A stretch of 64,000 nt of DNA, taken from Eledone cirrhosa (lineage: Eukaryota). Location of the stretch: contig OZ024743.1 in assembly GCA_964016885.1 (NCBI GenBank), forward strand, positions 106,144,001-106,208,000. Direction: 5' to 3'. A program made the translations under genes and the position numbers. The notes beneath the pieces are model-generated. The model did no database searches. It was given only the letters and a program-made list of their open reading frames with translations, and was not told where the DNA came from. Below are positions 25,840 through 39,235 of this stretch, piece by piece; the stretch's first letter is position 1; each line of letters starts with the position of its first letter.

Positions 25840-27167
25840 CTAGCAGAAGTACCCGACGTTGCTCGGAGTTTAATTGCTTTAAAGTACTCTTAATGATTCC
25901 ACTCAATTATGATTACTCAGGCAAAGAAAGTAAATACGGGTAAGCAAGGAAGGGGAAGTAGCGAAACATTTCAATTGAACAGTGAATAAGTGGAAAGTGA
26001 GTACTAAGTAAGTTGTATGAAGGATCCACGTCAAATAGTCGGTCAAACCTGTAAGCCAAGCCCGTCTGAGTTATAGCACAAAAGAGCGTAAATAGGGGGG
26101 ATAATTTGGAGCACACTGGAAAAAAATTTCATCAAATTCGGACGTTCCAGAAAAAGGTTTTCTCATTAGTTTTTTGTCTCATATTGCTAAAAACAATGAA
26201 AAAAAATTACAAAAAGGACAACAATAAAATATAATGTCTTTGTTAAGATTCAAGTAAATAAATGCTTAAGCGTCGTTATGACTACGTTTGTTGTTGTATA
26301 AATTCATCTGTTGCTTTTGAATATTTGTTATTTGATGTAAAATGTAATGGTGTGAAATGTAATGGTCAAATACCGGTCGCTCTCCGACAGGTTTGCGGCC
26401 GTACACCTGGCAGTGGAGACTTCTGGTGTCCTCGGCCCCAGGGCTACCTCCTTACTCACCACCATAAGCCACAGGTGTGATCCCCGCGACTTGGAGTGGC
26501 TTTTCCAGCGCGTCTCCCTGCCGTCCTCCGTGGAATCGCCTTCTCCATTCTGTCCACCGGGGCTGTGGGTGGGCCCCATCGCGTACCGTTGTAGTTGTTG
26601 TATACAGATATTAATCACTTAGAAAATGTTTCCAATTAAATGTATTTAGTTTTATCGGCTTTTTAAGTTTTGTTATTTGATGTATGAGCGTCGTTATAAC
26701 TAGGTTTGTTGTATAAATTGATGTGTTGCTTAGTTTTCAAAGTTTATGTTGCGTTCCTGAATGAAGTTTTTTCGCTGTTAGAGTTGCAGAGGAGATTGAG
26801 AGGGGATTAGAGGGAGGGATGAACCATTTAAAGAGAGTTGCAGAGGAGACTGAGAGGGGAGTAGAGGGAGTGAAGAATCTTTTAAAGAGAGTTGCAACAT
26901 GTATGTAGTTTCATCGATTTTTGAGGGTAGTAGAGAGAGGGATTAAGCGTGTAAGAGAGAGGGTTACAGCATGTATTTATTTAGTTTTATCGATTTCTTT
27001 CATAGAAGCAGGATATTTTTGGCAAAGTTTATTACAAGTTGACCATCGCTGGTAAATTTGGATCACATTGGAAAACAAATCATCAAAATCTGTAGAGAAA
27101 TGTGGAAATGCCTAAAAATCATACACACACACAGACAGACATCTTCCGTTTTATATATATATATAGA
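25840..27167 (-). mobile_element. Non-autonomous Helitron (family H1)
   Basis: Minus strand starts TCTATATATATATATAAAACGGAAGATGTCTGTCTG, ends with hairpin CCGAGCAACGTCGGG followed by CTAG; inserted between A and T. Confidence 0.8.
26362..26530 (+). pseudogene. C-terminal fragment of an RLE-type (CRE-like) non-LTR retrotransposon inside the Helitron
   Basis: KYRSLSDRFAAVHLAVETSGVLGPRA…WLFQRVSL resembles the CRE-clade C-terminus (KY..L....F.P.AVET.G..G…FQR.S); GC-rich island. Confidence 0.65.
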
Positions 27168-27181
27168 TATATAGATAAACT

Positions 27182-27349
27182 AAAGATAGTTACATTAGAA
27201 CATCCCAATTTATTTTATTATACGTATTTCAAAGATGCAAGTCAAATGTATAACGTAAGCCAAACCATGTTAGTGGGATTTGTCTGATGAGAAAATCTTT
27301 GAAATAAGTATAATAAAATAAATTGGAATGATCTAAAGTAATTGTCTTT
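27182..27349. mobile_element. Small fold-back element with hammerhead motif
   Basis: Arms 27182-27236 / 27295-27349; ATTTGT CTGATGA(27284) GAAAATCTTT GAAA TAAGTA TA ATAAAAT. Confidence 0.7.
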
Positions 27350-27357
27350 CGTTGTTA

Positions 27358-27682
27358 CAGCCCATGCCATTCTGAGTTCAAATCCCGCAGAGGTTAACTT
27401 TGCCTTTCATCCTTACCGAGTCGATAAAATAAAGTACCAGTAATGCACAGGGTAATTGCTGGCCTTGTGCTAAATGTAGAAACAATTATTATCACTGGAT
27501 TGGCAGTATTGGTAGAGAGTTGGACGCCATGCTTTGACGCATAGAATTACGGCCCTTGCCATTCTCAGTTCAAATCCCGGCGAGATTAACTTTGCCTTTC
27601 AACGTTACGGAGTCGATAAAATAAAGTACCAGTAATGCACTGGGTAATTTGCTGGCCTTGTGCAAAAATTATAAAAAATTAT
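27358..27682 (+). mobile_element. Two tandem SINE S1 copies (27358-27490 truncated; 27496-27682)
   Basis: B-box GTTCAAATCC, core and tail present twice. Confidence 0.88.
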
Positions 27683-27774
27683 TATAAAACTCCGGTTAAA
27701 CATATAGTTGGGTGGTTGTAACCTATTATATATCAGGCAGCTGATTCTAAATCAACAACAATTTTTTTTCATTG

Positions 27775-27848
<74 letters not shown>

Positions 27849-27887
27849 CGAAACATAGGTCAATTGCATGAACTCATAATCCTTTAT

Positions 27888-27946
27888 TTACTGCTATATA
27901 TAATTCGATGATAGTCATTGAATGGCTATGACCTCATCAGGCAGTT
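27888..27946 (-). ncRNA. Degenerate hammerhead in a pLTR-like island (27845-28015) between (TA)n tracts
   Basis: Minus strand ACTGC CTGATGA GGTCATAGCCATTCAATGACTATCATC GAAT TATATA TA GCAGT; GAAA mutated to GAAT. Confidence 0.65.
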
Positions 27947-28015
27947 AGTCAGTTCTTAGATATGCCAGCTCTGTGATTATGGTGTTGATGGTATCAGAGC
28001 CTTGGGACATATATA

Positions 28016-28049
<34 letters not shown>

Positions 28050-28614
28050 CGAGAGAGAGAGAGAGTTCCGATACATCACTGATTTTTAGTTTTCCATTCT
28101 GTATATATATATGTGTGTGTGTGTGTGTTGTTGTTGCTGTTGTTGTTATACTGGTGCAGGTGATTTTGTTTTAGGTATGCTCCTCCCAAATATAACAATG
28201 TTTCAACACTAAATTACCTATCAAGAATCTTGCCCCATAAATCTACACACAGACGCATACACTCTTTCAAAGGAATCTTAGCCTTTGCAAATATTTGATC
28301 CAAATCACTTGTCTTCGAATCACTCACCAACTTGTTGCACCTTATTCTCCTTCACTTACTTATCGATTGTAGATTCTTCCTTCATTAAGCTCATGTCTAT
28401 TACATTGTTTAAGATATCTACGACCTATTGTTTTGAGTATTTAACGCAAAGATGAGATAACTTCCCAAGCCATCCACATTTCTTTCATTCTTCGGTCGTT
28501 TTAACACACTATTGCCTGTTTATCCATTATATCCAACATATGGACATTGTTATGATTGACTGTTCAATATATCCGTTCAGTTAGTGTAATGTTAGCTGTG
28601 CTTGTTGTAGTAGA

Positions 28615-29035
28615 TTGGCAGGTACATTAGAGTGTTGGACAAAATGCTTCGAGGCATTTAAACAGGGCTCTTCAAACCATGCCCAGGCCAACTTAATCTT
28701 TCTTTATTCCGTGTACGATAAAATAAATTATCAGTAAAGTACTTGGTCGATATTACCGTCCTTCTCCTCCGTCGAAATTACTGGCGTTATGCTACTGTTA
28801 GAAATAATTATCAAGTATATTGGATTTGCAGAAATTATACATCATTGGAAAAATTACTATTGCAGTCTTTGTTTAACTACATGACATTCTGCGTTCAAAT
28901 TTCGGCAAGGCAAACGACACCTTTCATCATTCGGTTTCGATAACATAGTATACTAGAGAGATGTTGGGATCGATGTAAACATCGAATCTTTGTGCTTTCA
29001 CAAAATTGTCTGGTTTCGTGCCGATATTAGAAATA
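28615..29035 (+). mobile_element. Two old, degenerate S1-related SINEs
   Basis: TTGGCAG..TTAGAGTGTTGGACAAAATGCTT, GATAAAATAAATTATCAGTA, GTTCAAATT..CCTTTCATC. Confidence 0.55.
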
Positions 29036-29674
29036 TATAATAGCTCTCCGCTAAATGTTATTTTAATATATTTCTCACTCTTCTTGCACTTTATTCAATT
29101 TATACAAAGGAGTTTTCCTGGAGTACGGGAAATTGTCTGAAATTACTACAGATAACATCGTCCACGTGTACTCACAAACCTAGCACTAAAACAGAATTCC
29201 AAACAGCATTGATATCAGGAAAGTATGCTTATTACAGTTCTGGATGTTCACTTATGTAGGAATTCTCAACATCACCTACCGTTGAATACATATAGATATG
29301 TATGTACATGTGTAAGTAGTACAAAGTGTATATATCACTCTGTATGCTCTGCACTGATAGATTCATAATGCTTACTGCGTTGTAAGGTCATAGTTTGCCA
29401 ATATCAATTTCACTTTCATCATTCCGAAATCGAGAAACAAAGTACCAGTCCAGTGCTGGTGTCTATTATTTCTCTGGAAGAAATCGGCTATTTTGACCTG
29501 GAGTATTATAGGCTCCACGGAGATAGTAATACTCAAATACACTCTGTTCCATGAAGTCACACATATCACCCCCATCAATACTGACTAACCATTACCTATA
29601 TAATTGTATCTTTCTTACTCCCTCTGCTCTCTCTCTCTACCTACCTATATAAATATATGTGGATATATATGTGG

Positions 29675-29766
<92 letters not shown>

Positions 29767-29769
29767 ATA

Positions 29770-29810
<41 letters not shown>

Positions 29811-29856
29811 ATATATGTATATGTATATATATATATATGTTTATATGTATATATAA

Positions 29857-29888
<32 letters not shown>

Positions 29889-30330
29889 GGAAAGTTATAT
29901 TTAAATTGTTGGGTTACAACTAGTAAATATTTATAACTGATATAAAAGCACTCAACAAGTATTTGGAGTATATTTACGATATTAAATAAATGGAAACTAT
30001 ATTTATAAAACCATATTTATTTCATTATATATATTTCAGGGATATCATATTAACAATATGTTATGCCTTCTTCAGACAAAATACAATATAGACAGTTTTA
30101 TAGATAAATAGATTTGACATACCGTTCAACATCGACTTGTATTTGAAAAAAATCAACTTTTTCAAATACAAGTCGATGTTGAACGGTATGTCAAATCTAT
30201 TTATCTATAAAACTGTCTATATTGTATTTTGTCTGAAGAAGGCATAACATATTGTTAATATGATATCCCTGAAATATATATAATGAAATAAATATAGTTT
30301 TATAAATATAGTTTCCATTTATTTAATATC

Positions 30331-30332
<2 letters not shown>
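29889..30332. mobile_element. Fold-back element, family C, near-perfect arms, each with an HHR
   Basis: Centre about 30150-30157; + strand TATTTTGT CTGAAGA(30233) AGGCATAACATATTGTTAATATGATATCCCT GAAA TATATA TA ATGAAATA. Confidence 0.88.
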
Positions 30333-30419
<87 letters not shown>

Positions 30420-31216
30420 AAATGCCTGTGAGACCGGAGTCAGCTATCGACACCACCTTAAGCAATTGGAGCATTTCAAACAGATGTGTCTCAGACGGAT
30501 CCTAGGCGATCACTGGAGGGACCACATCAGTGATGTCGAGATTTTGGAAAGCTCTATGTGTGACAGTATAGAAGCTCTCGTGCTTAAGCAAAGACTCCGT
30601 TCGAGTGGTCACCTTGCCAGGATGAAGGATTCTATAATACCAAAACAACTCTTTTATGGAGAGTTGGTTAAAGGAAAACGACCGCCACATAAACCAAAAA
30701 AGAGGTATAAGGATTCCTTGAAAACCTCTTTGAAAGACGCTAACATCTCTGCTGGTACATGGGAAAATATTGCTACTGATCGTAATAAATGGAGAAAGAC
30801 TGTATATGAGGGTAAAGTTGCCTTTGAGGCATCTCGAATCGCATACGAGAAACTAAAGCGGGATGTGAGGAAGGGCATTGCTGTTGCATTTCCAGACGTG
30901 CATTGCTGTTGCATTTCTGACATGCAGCGTCTGTGCGAGACTCTACCTAAGAAAACCTGGACTCGAAAGTCTTCTTCGCAGTCATAAAGTGAGACCAGTG
31001 GTTGACTAGAAGGCTGCTGTTGGAGATGCTACTCATCATGCTTGCCAAGCATGTGGTAGAGAATGTAAATCAGCAGGAGGGCTCAAGCGACATGCAAAAG
31101 TACATGAACTCCAACCACAACCGGCTATTCCAGTGAATGTTTTGGTTGCCAACTCTGTGCAAGACATTTTAGATCATTGGCTGGGCTAAAAAGCCACATT
31201 CGATCGCAGCGCTGTT
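30420..31216 (+). pseudogene. RTE-clade LINE 3' fragment with C-terminal C2H2 zinc-finger motifs
   Basis: CLRRILGDHWRDHIS..LKQRLRSSGHLARM..IPKQLFYGEL..GKRP..PKKRYKDSLK..ATDRNKWR; downstream CQACGRECKSAGGLKRHAKVH and CQLCARHFRSLAGLKSH. Confidence 0.88.
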
Positions 31217-31258
31217 AATTGTTATTGTGTGTGTGTAGATAGGTTTATGTGTGTGTGC

Positions 31259-31296
<38 letters not shown>

Positions 31297-31377
31297 ATTG
31301 TTGTTATTAATATTATTATTGTCATTATTATGGGGGTTTTTTTCTCGTGCAATGGCCATACTCGATATCAAGGGGCA

Positions 31378-31423
<46 letters not shown>

Positions 31424-31589
31424 ATAATAATAAATGTGAAGACTAAAATCCGAAGAGGGATCGATGAGGATAATATATATATATATAAATATATAAAAAC
31501 CGTAGAGCTAATATTTATTAAGATAACAGATTATAGTTTAAGCAAAAATCGCTGCTTTCACCCTTTAATCTGTTATTTTAATAATATAT

Positions 31590-31769
31590 AGTTTCTACGT
31601 TTGGCACAAGGCCAGAAATTACCCAGGGCATTACTGGTACTTTATTTTATCGACCCCGTAAGGAAAGGCAAAGTTAACCTCGGCGGGATTTGAACTCAGA
31701 ATGGCAAGGGCCGTAACTCTCTACGTCAAAGCATGGCGTCCGACCCTCTACCGATACTGCCAATCCACT
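31590..31769 (-). mobile_element. SINE S1
   Basis: Reverse complement of the S1 consensus. Confidence 0.88.
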
Positions 31770-31884
31770 AAATATATAGGGAATATATGTGTGGTGTGCA
31801 TGTCTTTAAATTAGATCTGTTGAATTGTCAATAACATTACCCTTTTGTAACGTTTACAAACTTCCTCACTACATATGTGTTGAA

Positions 31885-32106
31885 TAATGGTTTCTGATTT
31901 AGGCACAAGGCCAACAAATTTTTGGGGAGGGGAAAGCTGATTAAATCGACCCCAGTACGTTACTGGAGCTATATTATATAGACCCCGTACGGATGAAACG
32001 CAAAGCTAACCTTGGCGGGATTAGAACTAAGAAAGTAAACGGCCGTAACTCTATGCTGCAAAGCATGGTGCCTGACCCTCTATCGATACTGCCAATCCAC
32101 CGCCGC
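31885..32106 (-). mobile_element. SINE S1-related longer subfamily
   Basis: S1 head and core plus extra GGGGAGGGGAAAGCTGATTAAATCGACCCC segment. Confidence 0.8.
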
Positions 32107-33106
32107 ATAATATTGCAATAATGGGCTGATATCAGGTCATCTCATGTGTTTGTATATTCATGTCTAACCTTCTTTTCTTGTAATAACAAGGAAATACCTC
32201 ACCTTTACAGTATATGGCTTGATTTACGTGAAGCAATGTTGTTTGGAATTTCCTTTTAGAGAATAACATTGATGCAAGCAGCTATTTCCGTCTTGTATTT
32301 AACACTCCTATTTTTAAAGTGTACTATAAAAAAACATCAAACTCTTCTGAAACTTTAAGCTCTAACCCAATTCATTCTTATTTTCGGTTTGACAATGACT
32401 CGAAACGGACATGTTTCTAATTATATTAACTGATCAAATTGTAATCTCACACTGTAGTATGTTTAGCGTTTGAGCTTAGGGTTTTCTATTATTATGCAGC
32501 ACTTTGTTGGTGGGTAGTCATTTTACTTGTTCTGTACAATATTGTTTTCCAACAGTTTAGTAGATATACGCCTGCAGTGATGTTAGAATTTTAAGAACAA
32601 ATCATATTCACGGAATCAAATTTGCAACACTATAACTGTACTGGAAATTGGAGAAATTGGATTCAAAAATCCCTGAAACAAATCGTCAATAATAGATTTC
32701 TCATTTCAGGTTCACTATTCGTGACTAGTTCTTGAAGTGCTGGCCTTGCGTGTAAATCAATTGAATACGAATGAAGAGATCCCTTGATACAGCTGTCGGA
32801 GCTTGACAGTGGTTGCTAAACGGACAAAGCTTCGTACGCAGAATAAATGATAGAAACAATAATAGAGAACAGATGCATATGTTATGGAATTGCTTTATTT
32901 TCTACTTGATAACGCAAGAAGGGGAAAATCAATAACATGAAAATAAAAAAAAAACACAAATAATATGAATTATGTAGGAATAGAAAAAAGCTAAAAGAAA
33001 TATTAAAGGAAGAGTGAATGAGAAATTGCCATATAATATATACATGTACACACACATACACACACACACATATATATATATATGTGTGTGTGTGTGTATA
33101 TATATG

Positions 33107-33161
<55 letters not shown>

Positions 33162-33170
33162 ATATATATG

Positions 33171-33345
<175 letters not shown>

Positions 33346-34784
33346 GGGAAGGCGGTTGTGTATGTATATGTGTGTGTGTGTGTGCGATGGGTTCAAATAC
33401 GTCGGAATCAAGATAGTGAATGAAACATGAAATTACATAAATAGAGCTATACGAGCGATTGTTCGCTATTTTATTGATGTAATATTTACACATATCGTTA
33501 TTTATCTTAGAACTTAGGACACAAATATTCTGCTGATATTATAGAGCATTGCAAAATATAATTTGATATAAGCTTCCCCAAAATGTGTTGTTTTCTTTCG
33601 AAACCTTCTAAAACACACCTGGAAATATAAGTGCGGGGATCTACATGCAGATTCATGTATATGATGAAATTGAGAAATAAAAAAAGACTGTCTAGTTTAA
33701 TTGTAATAACTTAATTGAAACAGGAAGGCTTATACACCTACTTCATAATAATGATAGCACTGTAAGCTGTGCATTCATATTGCACTGAAAATATTTGTAA
33801 AATGTTATATATATATCACAAACATATATACGAACAGATCACCACTTTGTTGCGAGACATAAGAGTAGATTCACACGCATATATCCATGTATTTAAACCG
33901 GTGAATATTTAAATATATATACATTCGGGAGTCATTGGTTAAAACGACGCTATCAAAGAAATCCCGGTCCCAATATACCTCACATTGGGACTGATTCCGG
34001 AATACTTGTTTGTGAAGTGACCTCATAAACTATACAGCTATACAGAAGAAATAAATTAAAAAAATGCTAAATGAGCTCCATGAAAATTTCATCAGCTGAT
34101 TGTAATATCTTTTCATTTCTTTACCTATTCATTTCTTTACTATTAAGAAATTACAAACTGTCATAGACAATGAATCAATCGAATTCACTAAGCGTCGAGA
34201 CGAATTTGCATTTCTAATATATGTAAGCTTAATGTAAGATTCACAATCGGATGGTTTTTACTATGAAACATAATGAGTCAAATTGGGTATGTAACCCCCT
34301 AGCCACAAATATGAAGAGTGTCACCTGAGGGCCTCGCACTACCACCTGTTACTCAGTAAGGCGAATCAGTCTACTTTTCCATATCTAGGTTCTTATATAT
34401 CCAACGGTGTATTTTCCTATTCCTTGCAATAAAGCAGCTTAATGTTAAATAACAGATAATAAGAATCATAAAAATTGTGTGTTTTCATCACTATTTTAAT
34501 AGTTTCTTTTATTTCATGATGGAAAGCAAATTACTGTTTAAATATAATTTCCCCCTATACCTGGACATCGGAGTAACCTGCATACGTTAACCCATGGTGG
34601 CTGAATTAACAGCCATATTTCATCGAAACAAACTATTTACATGTCATAAAAGGAAGTATATACATAGATACACCTACGTCATCATCACTACAAGAATGTT
34701 ATATGACCGGAAAATGTGAGAGATTGTACCTCAAGTGAATGCCGTCTGATGGATCCAGCGGTCAGTACAGACACAATGTTACAG

Positions 34785-34979
34785 CTAATATTTATAGAGA
34801 GAAACGCGTTGAAAGAGCAATTCCAAATCGTAGGGCTCTTTTCTGTGGATGGAGAACTCCGTCGAAAAAGCAGTGATTACAGGTGTTATTTCAGGACCCA
34901 GTAGCTCATAAGAACCCACTGATAGGGTTTCTACGATAAACTTATTGAAATCTGATTTATAACTCAACACCTTGTACAC
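34785..34979 (-). pseudogene. Degenerate CRE-like RLE C-terminal fragment
   Basis: LLGPEITPVITAFS…EPYDLELLFQRVSL is similar to the peptide at 26362-26530. Confidence 0.5.
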
Positions 34980-35358
34980 GATCTAGAATCAAGAACGTTT
35001 AAACAAAGTTTCATGAGTATGCGATGAAACAGAGTTAAACAACGAGACACAAATTAAATAAATTGCATACATGGTAGTACTGTATTACTACTGATTTCAA
35101 ATAATACTTAAATAATTCTAAATACGATACTTCAATATTATAGGATTTCAAGTATACAGACACGAGACGAGGAATGAAGTAATGGTATGTTTCTGTTACA
35201 AAAAACACAAACTGAAGTGCTTATCGTATCTACTCAGCAATGTTGTCCTCAAACTCTTTGAAGAAAATACTTGTTTAAATAATACTTGCTTTTATATTGT
35301 GGATTTTTGAAATTGCAACATCAATATATACATGTGTGTGGCGTATCTTTTATGTACG

Positions 35359-35397
<39 letters not shown>

Positions 35398-35456
35398 TTA
35401 TTTATCTATTTATCTCTCTCTCTCTTTATATATATATATATATATATATATATTCT

Positions 35457-35530
<74 letters not shown>

Positions 35531-35578
35531 AATGTATATATATTTGTGTGTGTGTGTGTGTATGTGTATATATATATA

Positions 35579-36023
35579 TAATATATAAGATCAAAAGATG
35601 GTTAAAAGAGTTCCATGTATTTTATTATACGCATTTCAAAAACAAATATCATCATGCAATAATATTTGTGTTTTCATCAGATACAATAGGAAGACATGAT
35701 ATGAAGGTTAACAAACACTTGTGAATAGTGCAGTTTTAAGTCAATATATAACCCAGGCAGACCACCATTGTTGATTTAAAACTGCACTATTCACAAGTGT
35801 TTTTTAACCTTCATATCATGTCTTCCTATTTTATCTGATGAAAACACAAATATTATTGCATGATGATATTTGTTTTTGAAATGCGCATAATAAAATACAT
35901 GGAACTCTTTTAACCATCTTTTGATCTTATATATTATGTATACTCCCGTCCTACAAACTGTAGAGTGCTTCTTATCCGATATCTGCATTGCTTTATTGTA
36001 CTACAATAAAACTCACCTCCTAC
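35579..36023. mobile_element. Non-coding fold-back copy of the family A pLTR, HHR in both arms
   Basis: 35579-35745 matches 16080-16250; right arm from 35771 is its reverse complement plus an extension matching 18441-18535; + core CTGATGA 35835, GAAA 35878. Confidence 0.9.
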
Positions 36024-36793
36024 ATATACATATATACATATATACATCTAACGTTGGTTGCGCAGTCAATTCGAGAGACAAGTTACATTCACATACATTT
36101 TAAGATGGCAAAGAAGAAGCAGAAGAAGCAGAAGAAGAAGAAACTAGTTTGTATTGACCATTACAGTTCCCTGGAAAGAGGATGAAGCTATCGTAACGAT
36201 GAATTTGACCAGCTCTAATTTCGCTTATATTCTACATTTAACAACAGAAAAACAAATTTTTCTTTGATTGTTTCAATTTGAATATGATGAGTTTGAAAGA
36301 TAAGCATCCGATACGAGTGATTTAGTGACTGATAGATATATACTGATGTAGGAAATGATAACAGAGGGCGTGATAGTGGTGATAATGTTGACGATAATAG
36401 TAAATTTGAGGCGGTGATTGAAAATTACAGTGGTCAAGAAACTGACGGAGACTCATGTGTCTGCTCTGCCCTGGGTATTCTAAGGAACGAATTCCCTTAT
36501 TAAACATTTTTCTCTTTACACGCTGCCAATTTTGACAGTATAATATATATACATAGGGAGAGAGAGAGGGGGAGCGAGAGGTGGGGGAGCGATTAATATA
36601 AAGAGAGAGGGGGAAAAGAAAAAGAGAAGGAGGTTTAGGTATTAACCTAGTATTCATTTACCTCCATATCATTCTTTTATTTGCATGTATGGACTTTAAT
36701 CTACTGATGAAGTTGTAGGCATTTTAACCGTGGTGAAACTAATACCCGTCTACACCTGAACGCAGCTGATTCCTTCCATATATATGTATGTAT

Positions 36794-36875
<82 letters not shown>

Positions 36876-37059
36876 GTATATATATATATATTATTATTAT
36901 TATGTAATAAACAACATAAGGCAATTATTCCATTTACCAGTGGTTTCTTAAAAGCAAAAGGTTTTGCTTTCAATCCTCAGAATGAAAAATCCTGGTTTGT
37001 TTATTGAATATGGATTCTAAAAAACCTATATATATATTTATATATATATATATATATAC

Positions 37060-37227
<168 letters not shown>

Positions 37228-37254
37228 TTGTATATATAAATATCTCCGAGCGAG

Positions 37255-37345
37255 AAGAACCTTCTGACGAGAATCCCCTTCTCAATGATGGTCCGCCTGG
37301 GTTATCCATTTATTTTGGGACTTGAAACCGCGCGGTATAGTAAGT
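37255..37345 (+). ncRNA. Hammerhead-like motif with extended stem II in a TA-flanked island (37225-37405)
   Basis: CTGACGA(37264)…ATCCC..AATGATGG..CCATT..TGGGA..GAAA(37324) CCGCGCGG TA; palindromic stem III; stem I poorly paired. Confidence 0.6.
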
Positions 37346-37400
37346 ACAGCGAACTTTTTAAAATTTATCTTAAAACTTCTTCTCTATTTGCTAAACCTTG

Positions 37401-37526
<126 letters not shown>

Positions 37527-38034
37527 GAGACTGGACTGGTACTTTTTATTCAACAGTGAAATTAAGAAACATAGTTTTCAACTGCAGAGCGCTGGGAGTC
37601 AGCACGAATAACACAACATTTCTAACTAATGTTCTAACGTAAATACTAAATTCGTTGCCATGCTTCTTTATTTTATACGGCTATAATATCGATATAGCAT
37701 CATTTATTACTTTCTTTATTTTTCCATTATATTTTTTTCCTCCACTCGGTCCCTCGACACTATCTATTAACGACGCTTCCAGTTCGGGTCTGTTCAGATA
37801 TATTGCTTAATATCACATTCGTAATACGAATGTTTTCGAAATCACAAATGAAAACCAAGTGCTGAGCCTAAACCTGGCCGATCGTAGTTTTGTGAAATAA
37901 TTTTTTCATAAAGCTTTATGAATGGACTCACAAGCAGTTACTGTACTGTCAAGATCAAACGTTTCCTATCAAGCATGTCAATAGAGCATGCAATCATACA
38001 GCAGTTTTATAGATTAGTTTTATTTATTACTAGA

Positions 38035-38037
<3 letters not shown>

Positions 38038-38084
<47 letters not shown>

Positions 38085-38143
38085 TAATAATACTATGTAT
38101 TACTATTATTATTATTATTATTATTATTATTAGTATTAGTATT

Positions 38144-38201
<58 letters not shown>

Positions 38202-38243
38202 GTAGTAGTAGTAGTAGTAGTAGTAGTAGAAGTAGTAGTAGTA
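38038..38243. repeat. (AAT)n/(ATT)n/(AGT)n compound microsatellite
   Basis: Direct reading. Confidence 0.95.
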
Positions 38244-38928
38244 AAGCAATGCAAAACAATCTTCATCCTCATCCCCCTCCTCATCATCATCACCATTGAC
38301 ATCGCATCCATCATTATCATATTCATAATCACAAATGCTGTTTCGAAACAGTGGTACGAGTGTTTGCTATTATCCTTACGTCTTATGTTAATCGGTTACT
38401 CTCTGTGTAGTTAATGGTGTCAACAACAATTTATATGTTAGGGAAAACGGCCAAAAAAATCCGGAAAAAAGTAAGCAAATCTACTAAAACAAACGTAAAC
38501 TGTTTCCGTGAGAGCTAACGACAAAACCAGAAGAAAGAGAGAGAGAGATGCAGGAGAAGGAGAGAAGGAGTGTGAAAGCAAATAGTTAAAGTGAAATGAG
38601 AATATATGTACATGAGAGACACAGAATGGTGTAATGTATTGTGGAAAAAAGGTCGACATGTAAACAAGAGTGAAAAGTACATTGTAGATGATAGTGGATA
38701 TTGAAAACGTACATATGAAATATACGTATAAAAATGTAAATGCATGCATTGATAGGATAGGAACAGGCACTGCCACAAACAGATATCACAAAATACAAAC
38801 GCACGCAGACACACACACACAGATATAATATACGTGTGTGTGTCTCTGTGTGTACGTATAAATATGTATGTGAATGCGTGTTTGTGTGTAGGTTTACGTA
38901 TATATGCACACACGCGCGAACTCTCAAA

Positions 38929-38959
<31 letters not shown>

Positions 38960-39012
38960 AATATATATATAGAATAGAAAACGAAAAATCTTAGCTACCA
39001 CCAGACACCCAC

Positions 39013-39124
<112 letters not shown>

Positions 39125-39172
39125 TACATATGTATTTACATTATACATAATTACATGAGCATGTATATATAC

Positions 39173-39235
<63 letters not shown>

